A stretch of 6,263 bases of DNA from Amoeboradix gromovi X-113 (taxonomy: Eukaryota > Fungi > Sanchytriomycota): the NCBI GenBank assembly GCA_018985225.1, contig JADGIF010000594.1, forward strand, positions 1 to 6,263, given 5' to 3'. The position numbers and the translations under genes are program-made. Under the pieces are notes generated by a model that worked only from the letters and a program-made list of their open reading frames with translations, was not told where the DNA came from and did not search any database. Shown one piece after another: positions 1-6,263 of the stretch (position 1 is the stretch's first letter; every line of letters begins with the position of its first letter).

Positions 1-114
1 AGAAAAAAAACAAGTTATAAGAAAGGTGGTAAGAACAAAAAGGAACAGATATGACACTCAAAGACCTTATTTGAAAGAGATAGTGGGTCATCTTGTTATA
101 TTTTAAAGAGGGAA

Positions 115-321
115 ATGACGATAATGAAAGAGAATTGTTTGAAAGAAGAAGGGCTTTTATTAATAACAGCATTTCCTCCATATAAAGCACCTCCTTTAAA
201 ATTGCTTGGTCTAGCTTTTATACTTGGTGTCCCATGTAATAGACTAGAAGAAACTTTTTCCTACTTTTATTCAATTACCAAAAATAGAAAGAAAGAGTAT
301 TGGAGCGACAAAGCCATGTAA
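115..321 (+). CDS. Uncertain short ORF, or 3' part of an upstream gene
   Basis: Frame 1 is open from 55 to 321, and + strand AATAAA at 435 and 455 hints at a transcript convergent on the helicase gene. No recognisable domain. Confidence 0.15.
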   Translation: MTIMKENCLKEEGLLLITAFPPYKAPPLKLLGLAFILGVPCNRLEETFSYFYSITKNRKKEYWSDKAM

Positions 322-491
322 TTACGATAAATATTTTACTCCATTAAAGCCGACGAATCTTTAATATTCAAGGTTTTAAACAAAGTTTAACGCAAAATCA
401 AACCGACGAATTCTACAAATTATAAAAATAGCTAAATAAAATACAGAGTTCATGAATAAAGACCTTCTAGAAAGCCATAGGGCTGTAGATA

Positions 492-2531
492 TCAATCCAG
501 TGTCATTTTCAATTTGCGCTGCTTATATCTGTTCTTTGCCGCGCTCACTATTGCATCCCTATCTTCCACAACTTTTCTTTTGACGGGTATCTCTTTTTTT
601 TGTTCAGGTACTCCATATATATCCTCAATTTTGATGATTTTAGTCGCCCAATCCATTTCCACCTTGGAGCAGCATATCATTGTTGCTCTGGAGGTGTACA
701 AAATATCATGATACATAACAACATTTGCACTACCGTTGGCATTCAAATTACTTTGTTTGTTTAAATACAAAGACATTAAATGTTCCTTTGATTTTAGAGC
801 ATCCTTATTGACTAGTCCACTAGGCACATAGTTGGGATACGTGGTAGATAGGTAATGATAATACATAGGCTGATTACCGTGTTTCTTCGCTATGTTAGTA
901 AAATAGGCTGTTAAAAAGGACTTCAAAATGACTGAGGAATTCCCAACGTTTCTTATTATTGGAAGCTTGTTCTGCTCCATTATTTGACAAAGCTGCAAGT
1001 ATATGCGATGTGCAGTTATCATGGCCTTGTTGTTAATAAAATAATCGAAACACCATGACTTTGATTTCCCACTTTTAACAAATTCATTAAAAACAGTCAA
1101 ATATGTCAGATGATCACCACTTGCATCTCTAAGTGGCTTTCTAGCTAGCAAGACCCTGTCATCTTCTACACCTGTCTTCATTTTGTAAATATCCTCGCTT
1201 GCCAAAATACTCACGATTTTCAAACAATCCTCGCTACAATAGTTATCCGCGCTAGCTATTAGCACTCTGCTTAGCGCTGGCGTTAGTGGGAATTGAGCTA
1301 TTAGCCTACCTATCCTACTTAATGGCGAAGATGATAGGGCACTCAAATCATTGTTATTGACCACTAGCGCGTCTAACAAATAAAGCTGAATCAAGGCGGA
1401 CTCAATTGATTTCGACTGCGGTGGATCCATCCATTTGAATGTTTCTATATCTATGTTAAGCTGCTTCAAATATAGAACTACATGCAACAAACTGCATTGT
1501 TTGATCTCTGGAGTGCTGTCTTTGGGCATCGAATCAAAGAGTAACTTTGAGTAAAGCCGGTACGTTTTCCCGGCTGATGTTCTACCTGCTCTCCCTGATC
1601 TTTGATCAGCAGCTGATTGAGAGATAGGAAGGACAACTAGAGCGCCCATGCCACTGTCAACATCGTAAACTTTTTCTTTAGAAAACCCGCAATCTACTAC
1701 ATATTTGATGTTCGGGATAGTAACACTAGTTTGAGCTATGTTGGTACTAAATACTACCTTTCTCTTATTGATAGCATCAAATATTGAATGCTGCTCAAAA
1801 GTATCGAGCCCTGCAAATAAAGGAAACGCACATAGATCAGCAAATTTATTGTTAACATGCAAACATGCACGCTCAATCTCTTCTTGGCCTGTAAGAAACA
1901 CTAGAATATCACCTTGTGGTTCTTTTTTGTGGATAAATTCCACTACTTTCATGGAGTCATCAAAATATGAATTCTCTAATTCATGCAGTTTCTTATGGAC
2001 TGATGGGAACAGTATCTCCACAGGATAAGGCCTACCTGGCACATAGTAAACCGCGCAGTTTAAGTAAGTTTTGAACTTGTCTACATTAACTGTGGCGCTC
2101 ATGGCGATTAATTTTATATTTTTGTTTAAAAGAATGCCAAGCAATATATCAGTATCCAAAGATCTCTCATGACACTCATCTAACAGAATGTAGTCAAAGT
2201 CAAAGGTATCCTCAGCCAACAGCCTTAAAACTATCCCATCCGTCATAAATACAATTTTAGATTTATTACAATATTTTTTATCAAATCTGACTTGATAGCC
2301 AACAAGCTGGCCTAACCTAGACTTCATTTCGTATGCTACTCGTTTTGAATTGCTAATGCAGGCTAGCTGGCGAGGTTGGGTGCAGCATATTCTTGCATCT
2401 CTGTTTATTGAATGGATTATCTGAGGTAACTGACTGGTTTTACCACTTCCAGTATCACCCACAACTAATAAACGATCATTATTTTTAACGTACTGAATCA
2501 GTTCACTCTTAAATTCAAGAATCGGAAGCAT
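492..2531 (-). CDS. DHX40: DEAH/RHA-family ATP-dependent RNA helicase, probable DHX40 orthologue (679 aa)
   Basis: Full DEAH motif set: I GDTGSGKT, Ia TQPRQLA, Ib MTDGIVLR, II DECH(ERSLDTD), III MSAT, IV GDILVFLTGQEEIE, V STNIAQTSVTI, VI QRSGRAGR, then HA2/OB-like C-terminal regions. DHX40-type rather than Prp2/16/22/43 because it starts directly at LPI with no N-terminal extension, has QRSGRAGRTSAGK, lacks the motif V Glu, and ends in AIVSAAKNRYKQRK, resembling the DHX40 tail as I recall it (ISDARARFLERK). Family is near certain; orthology is less so. Confidence 0.9.
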   Translation of the reverse strand: MLPILEFKSELIQYVKNNDRLLVVGDTGSGKTSQLPQIIHSINRDARICCTQPRQLACISNSKRVAYEMKSRLGQLVGYQVRFDKKYCNKSKIVFMTDGIVLRLLAEDTFDFDYILLDECHERSLDTDILLGILLNKNIKLIAMSATVNVDKFKTYLNCAVYYVPGRPYPVEILFPSVHKKLHELENSYFDDSMKVVEFIHKKEPQGDILVFLTGQEEIERACLHVNNKFADLCAFPLFAGLDTFEQHSIFDAINKRKVVFSTNIAQTSVTIPNIKYVVDCGFSKEKVYDVDSGMGALVVLPISQSAADQRSGRAGRTSAGKTYRLYSKLLFDSMPKDSTPEIKQCSLLHVVLYLKQLNIDIETFKWMDPPQSKSIESALIQLYLLDALVVNNNDLSALSSSPLSRIGRLIAQFPLTPALSRVLIASADNYCSEDCLKIVSILASEDIYKMKTGVEDDRVLLARKPLRDASGDHLTYLTVFNEFVKSGKSKSWCFDYFINNKAMITAHRIYLQLCQIMEQNKLPIIRNVGNSSVILKSFLTAYFTNIAKKHGNQPMYYHYLSTTYPNYVPSGLVNKDALKSKEHLMSLYLNKQSNLNANGSANVVMYHDILYTSRATMICCSKVEMDWATKIIKIEDIYGVPEQKKEIPVKRKVVEDRDAIVSAAKNRYKQRKLKMTLD

Positions 2532-2592
2532 GAAGGAGAGCCGACTGGATTCAAAAAATTATATTTTACAACCGAGAAATTGAACTTAATGT

Positions 2593-3435
2593 TTATTGAA
2601 CACTTTTTACGGCTTTAGATTGAGCTGATTCTTTTTTCTTGCTGTTTCCTAACACAATTCTTTTAATCACATTATTGTACCATAAATGTAGCATAAATAC
2701 AATCCTCAATATCAATCCCGCAAAGGTGTCAGTCAGCGGAAATATCTTCGTGATCGTCATGTTCATAATGCCAATAATTAATAAAAAGGTGGCGCTGGTT
2801 ACTAAAACAATAACAACTCTTTTAGTTTCTCTTTTTTTATAGCTGTTTGTTTCCGCTCCTGCAGTACCTTGATATTTAGATGCTTGACCATTAAATTTCA
2901 GGATCAAAATAACCGAAGTCACAGCAATTCCTAATGAATTGATTAGATAGAAGATATAAAAAAAATTGTGAAGCAAAAGTCCTAGAAAGTTGTCACTAGC
3001 GCCCATTGCGAATAGTAGAAAATTGGAAACTAAGGCAAATCCAACGTAAATCAAAACGATAAATGAGTACAGCGACTTCTCTACCCAATTAGGAATCTTG
3101 GCAACTTGTTTAAACACTCTTAATCGATAAGCTAGCAAGATATTGTTTATAAACGTAGCTGCATCTTGCCAAAATATACCAATGGACCATAGTAATGTAG
3201 TGTTGGCTACTCCCCAATTCATATCATATGCAGGCATTGCAATGACTAACAACAGATCACCGAAGCTGGTAAAAAGAAACTGCAACACAGCAAAAGCATT
3301 AAACTTGTTATAGTTGGATGTTTTCCACGTTAATGCAGAGTAAATCAGAGATGTTATACTAACAATCCAGTTAATTATCAAAACAGTCAAAAACCCTGGT
3401 GCCTCGTCAATTATCATTTGACCGAGATCCGACAT
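2593..3435 (-). CDS. Orphan seven-transmembrane, GPCR-like membrane protein (280 aa from first ATG)
   Basis: The ORF track starts at a TTG (3462); the first ATG is at 3435 and an alternative ATG (Met7) is at 3417. Seven hydrophobic stretches by eye at about aa 14-37, 45-68, 81-103, 122-144, 150-179, 207-228 and 238-253. Basic loops after TM3 and TM5 and a basic C-tail imply N-out/C-in topology. Stop TAA at 2593-2595. Confidence 0.8.
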   Translation of the reverse strand: MSDLGQMIIDEAPGFLTVLIINWIVSITSLIYSALTWKTSNYNKFNAFAVLQFLFTSFGDLLLVIAMPAYDMNWGVANTTLLWSIGIFWQDAATFINNILLAYRLRVFKQVAKIPNWVEKSLYSFIVLIYVGFALVSNFLLFAMGASDNFLGLLLHNFFYIFYLINSLGIAVTSVILILKFNGQASKYQGTAGAETNSYKKRETKRVVIVLVTSATFLLIIGIMNMTITKIFPLTDTFAGLILRIVFMLHLWYNNVIKRIVLGNSKKKESAQSKAVKSVQ

Positions 3436-3469
3436 CAGCGGGCACAGCACATAAAGGAACAAAACTGGT

Positions 3470-3475
3470 TATATA
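3470..3475. promoter_or_regulatory. Palindromic TATATA, putative TATA element in the 95-bp divergent promoter between the 7TM gene and DBP7
   Basis: Reads TATATAA on the - strand, 34 nt upstream of the 7TM ATG (3435), and TATATAG on the + strand, 55 nt upstream of the DBP7 ATG (3531). Confidence 0.4.
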
Positions 3476-3530
3476 GTGCCATTTTATCGCAACAAAGAAG
3501 AATGTTTTAACTCGTAGGGTAAAGCACGGA

Positions 3531-5414
3531 ATGAAAGAATATAAAGATTTGAGCGATTCGGATAATGAAATAGGAGATATTGGCATTGATGTCTCTAGCA
3601 ATCTAAGAACAGAAAAAACTGGCAATGATCTGGCGCCAGAAAAAGAAATTTCTGAGGTGATTGAAAATTTGGAGTCAGAAGAAAGCTCAGAATCAGTTGA
3701 ATTGCACATACTAAAAGAAAATGACGAGATTGTACCTAATCAAATTCCGTTTAGCGAGCTGAAGCTATCCGGCCCGCTATTGGAGAAAGTGCAACACTTA
3801 TATTCGGACCAATTAACCAGCACTCAAATAAGAGTAATCCCGAAGGTACTTGAAGAGTTTGACCGTGATCTAATTGTTCGTGCAAAAACAGGTACTGGCA
3901 AGAGCTTGTCTTTTTTGCTACCAATTGTGCAGAAGTATTGTTTTATGACTGAACTAAGAGACCGTAAGAACTGCAGAAAGGAATTGGGACTGAGGACTTG
4001 TATTTTAGCTCCTACAAGAGAGTTATGTATCCAAATACATGAAGAATTAAACAGTATACTTAGCATTGCTGCTAATACTTTAGTTAACCATAAAGTACAG
4101 ATGAACAGAATAGTTTGTAGTTTGCTAATTGGTGGAGATCGTAAGAAATCAGAAAAAGCGAGGATAAGAAAAGGCCTGAACGTAATAATCGCTACTCCTG
4201 GTAGGTTGTTGGACCATTTGAAAACTACAGAAAATTTAGATTTCAGCGATCTGCAAGTCCTAGTGTGTGACGAGGCAGATAGGTTAATGGAATTAGGGTT
4301 TGAAAAGACTGTCTATGACATATTTGACATCATTAAAGAGCAGAAAAAGGTTAAATCAAAATCCGAGACTTGGAGCACCTGGCTCTTTTCGGCTACCATG
4401 CCTCAGATGGTGGAAAGACTAGTCAATATAACACTAGTAAACCCTCAAAGAATAACATGTTCGAAAGAGTATGAAGCTCCTGAGCTGCTGGTTCAAGCTT
4501 ATTCTATTTGCCCTGCGAAACTCAGATTCACTTTTCTGGTCTCTGTTGTTGAGTGTATGCTGTCTAGTAAGCCTCGTATAGCCTGGATGTCTAATTTGTC
4601 AGGCTGCGCAGATGACAAGGGATACAATAAGAAGCTAGTAGTCTTTGTAAGTACCTGTAAAATGGTCGATTTCTATAAGAGCGCTATCGCAGAAATGGTA
4701 CCTGGTTCTTATTCCTGCCTATATGCTCTACATGGAGAAATGGCTCAAAAAGAAAGATCGCATGCATATTTGACTTTTATTGCATCTGAAAAGTCTATTT
4801 TGATCACTACAGATGTCAGTAGTCGTGGATTAGAATTTAGAGGAGTGGACTGGATTTTACAAATGGATCCACCAATCGATATACAAAGTTACATTCATAG
4901 AATTGGCAGGACAGCCAGATTAGATCGCAAAGGAAGTGCGATTTTGTTAGTACAAGAACACGAAACTAAGTTCTTAGATTACTTGAATAAGAAAGGATTA
5001 CTGATGAAGAACTTAGACTACAGAGATGTTATATCGAAAGAGACATTCGGGGATTATTCTTATGCAGACGAATTGAACCGAAGATTAGAAAATTTTATAG
5101 AGAGTGACAAGGATTACTACAATTCAGCGGCTAATGCGTACATGTCATTTATGAGAGCATATGCCTCGCATCCGAACAAACACATATTTTCTGTAAAGAA
5201 TTTGCATTACGGACATTTAGCTAAGTCATTTGGAATAAAAGACTCACCCTCTAGGCTGACCGACAGGGTGCTAAATGAGAGAAAGAGGTCGTATGAGTTT
5301 GTAGAAAGAAGAAAGCAGAATAATAAACGACCAAGAAATGGACAGCGAGTAAGTGAATTCGATAGTGGAGTACAAGTTAGCAGTGCTGGAGTGGGTGGAG
5401 TTCAATTCGATTAA
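3531..5414 (+). CDS. DBP7: DEAD-box RNA helicase Dbp7/DDX31 (60S ribosome biogenesis), 627 aa
   Basis: Q motif (FSELKL...TSTQ), I AKTGTGKS, Ia PTREL, the Dbp7 signature GGDRKKSEKARIRKGLNVIIATPGRLLDHL, II DEAD, III SAT, VI HRIGRTAR, C-terminal extension SFMRAYASH...LHYGHLAKSFG, and a SEF motif near the end. Confidence 0.95.
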   Translation: MKEYKDLSDSDNEIGDIGIDVSSNLRTEKTGNDLAPEKEISEVIENLESEESSESVELHILKENDEIVPNQIPFSELKLSGPLLEKVQHLYSDQLTSTQIRVIPKVLEEFDRDLIVRAKTGTGKSLSFLLPIVQKYCFMTELRDRKNCRKELGLRTCILAPTRELCIQIHEELNSILSIAANTLVNHKVQMNRIVCSLLIGGDRKKSEKARIRKGLNVIIATPGRLLDHLKTTENLDFSDLQVLVCDEADRLMELGFEKTVYDIFDIIKEQKKVKSKSETWSTWLFSATMPQMVERLVNITLVNPQRITCSKEYEAPELLVQAYSICPAKLRFTFLVSVVECMLSSKPRIAWMSNLSGCADDKGYNKKLVVFVSTCKMVDFYKSAIAEMVPGSYSCLYALHGEMAQKERSHAYLTFIASEKSILITTDVSSRGLEFRGVDWILQMDPPIDIQSYIHRIGRTARLDRKGSAILLVQEHETKFLDYLNKKGLLMKNLDYRDVISKETFGDYSYADELNRRLENFIESDKDYYNSAANAYMSFMRAYASHPNKHIFSVKNLHYGHLAKSFGIKDSPSRLTDRVLNERKRSYEFVERRKQNNKRPRNGQRVSEFDSGVQVSSAGVGGVQFD

Positions 5415-5418
5415 AAAT

Positions 5419-5424
5419 AATAAA
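5419..5424 (+). terminator. Putative polyadenylation signal AATAAA of DBP7
   Basis: AATAAA lies 4 nt after the TAA stop, and ATTAAA overlaps the stop itself. Confidence 0.35.
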
Positions 5425-5596
5425 TTACTGGTTATTGTATCCAAAGTTTCCAAACTTGCTAATTACATAGGCGATTGCAATCATCTAAATACCCCCCTTT
5501 TGTTATCTACTGGTTCGATTTGCAAGTTTTACCACAATCGAGAAAGACGTATTCTTAAAGATATATGTTTCACTATATAGATTGTACCAATCGCTC

Positions 5597-5971
5597 ATGT
5601 GGCATGTAAATATAAAGAAGGAACTCCTCACTATGTCTAAAATGTTTGTGAATATGAAAATATTGGATGTGTATGACCCAGAAAGTTTTGGGAAATTCAT
5701 TTTGGAGGAAATGAATAATGCAGAAATAATGGCACCCGGATTCGCGAATCCACCTAATACGCCCTGTTATCCGCAATTTCTAAGTCCATCCTTGATGTAT
5801 ATAAGACCAAGACGGAAATACGATCAAGTTCAACGAAAATTTCACTGTCTGTATCCGAATTGTAAGAAGAGCTACGGATCTATTTCCCATTTAAATACGC
5901 ATATAAAGCAAAAGAGACATGGAAAGACATTGAGAACAAGTGACTTCGTTTATTCAGAAAAATCAAACTGA
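5597..5971 (+). CDS. Small single C2H2 zinc-finger protein, Con7-like transcription factor
   Basis: C-X4-C-X12-H-X5-H finger at 5846-5920 within RPRRKYDQVQRKFHCLYPNCKKSYGSISHLNTHIKQKRHG, matching the fungal Con7 pattern as I recall it (RPRRRYEEIERMYKCGWNGCEKAYGTLNHLNAHVTMQSHG). The track start at 5582 is a TTG; the first ATG is 5597, and 5633, 5642 and 5654 are alternatives. Confidence 0.8.
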   Translation: MWHVNIKKELLTMSKMFVNMKILDVYDPESFGKFILEEMNNAEIMAPGFANPPNTPCYPQFLSPSLMYIRPRRKYDQVQRKFHCLYPNCKKSYGSISHLNTHIKQKRHGKTLRTSDFVYSEKSN

Positions 5972-5985
5972 TTACCCAGTAATTT

Positions 5986-6001
5986 AATAAAAATAAATAA
6001 A
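5986..6001 (+). terminator. Cluster of AATAAA hexamers, putative poly(A) signal of the zinc-finger gene
   Basis: AATAAA at 5986, 5992 and 5996, starting 14 nt after the TGA. Confidence 0.4.
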
Positions 6002-6036
6002 CTATAAACTCAAAATGTAGCAAGCTATACTCTTAT

Positions 6037-6180
6037 CTACAGTATTTGCATAGCCAAATCTGCAAACTCTTGCATTGCTGGAACCAACAGGTCCGAATTG
6101 GCAACTGGTAAGTCGATATAGTTAATTATACTCGTTAAAAGTCCAGATTTCCGAGAAAATTGAGAATTCCCACAGATTAA
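6037..6180 (-). CDS. Possible 3' terminal coding fragment (last exon or remnant) of a gene entering from the right edge
   Basis: Open frame LICGNSQFSRKSGLLTSIINYIDLPVANSDLLVPAMQEFADLAMQIL* with many G-starting codons, directly preceded by a TAG that could be a splice acceptor, and convergent on the zinc-finger gene. No recognised homology. Confidence 0.3.
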   Translation of the reverse strand, partial: LICGNSQFSRKSGLLTSIINYIDLPVANSDLLVPAMQEFADLAMQIL

Positions 6181-6263
6181 CTAGCAATGCTAGATGCTCC
6201 GTTACAGTGATTGCTCATGCTTTCAGTATACTGAGGCGGGATTGAATAAGGATGTATATACTT

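Noticed and set aside
166-215. FPPYKAPPL resembling the Tc1/IS630 LPPYSPDLNPIE motif
   Set aside because: Only PPY matches; no DDE residues or terminal inverted repeats are visible.
514-2842. Plus-strand ORFs 514-711, 1738-2028 and 2639-2842
   Set aside because: Antisense shadows of real minus-strand genes, with no motifs of their own.
2593-3435. Microbial or animal-type opsin
   Set aside because: No Lys in TM7 and no DxxxK motif.
3436-3462. TTG-initiated N-terminal extension of the 7TM ORF (and likewise TTG 5582 for the zinc-finger ORF)
   Set aside because: Artefact of prokaryote-style start calling; in-frame ATGs follow shortly in this eukaryotic DNA.
4647-5354. GTAAGT donor-like sites inside DBP7 (4647 and 5349)
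   Set aside because: The ORF is continuous and the sites fall in conserved segments (motif IV VFVSTC, and RVSEF).
492-5414. Two helicases plus a membrane protein as a prokaryotic-style defence system
   Set aside because: Both helicases are recognisable eukaryotic RNA-processing enzymes on opposite strands, with no nuclease or operon structure.
3407-5776. ORFs 3407-3709, 3824-4066, 5271-5453, 5353-5580, 5503-5700 and 5573-5776
   Set aside because: They overlap DBP7 or the zinc-finger gene, have shadow-like composition and show no domains.
492-5971. Alternative genetic code (TAA/TAG=Gln, or CUG reassignment)
   Set aside because: The long CDSs have no internal TAA/TAG, two end in TAA at sensible positions, and CTG occurs at conserved hydrophobic sites in Dbp7 (ELK, GLN).
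5971-5983. Small hairpin ATTAC-CCA-GTAAT at the zinc-finger stop
   Set aside because: A 5-bp AT-rich stem is expected by chance.

Overview
AT-rich, very gene-dense eukaryotic DNA with four uninterrupted CDSs in the standard genetic code. In order: a DEAH-box RNA helicase that looks like a DHX40 orthologue (492-2531, -), an orphan seven-transmembrane, GPCR-like protein (2593-3435, -), the ribosome-biogenesis DEAD-box helicase Dbp7/DDX31 (3531-5414, +, divergent from the 7TM gene), and a minimal single-finger C2H2 protein of the fungal Con7 type (~5597-5971, +). Possible fragments of flanking genes lie at both edges. A Con7-like factor plus DHX40 and 61-182 bp spacers suggest a compact genome of an early-diverging fungus or fungal relative (inference). 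The best novelty candidate is the Cys-free 7TM protein with buried charged residues, together with short motifs shared between the tiny intergenic regions. I see no mobile element, CRISPR array or RNA gene, and no firm evidence that the four genes form one system. Family assignments rest on motifs recalled from memory, not on database searches.
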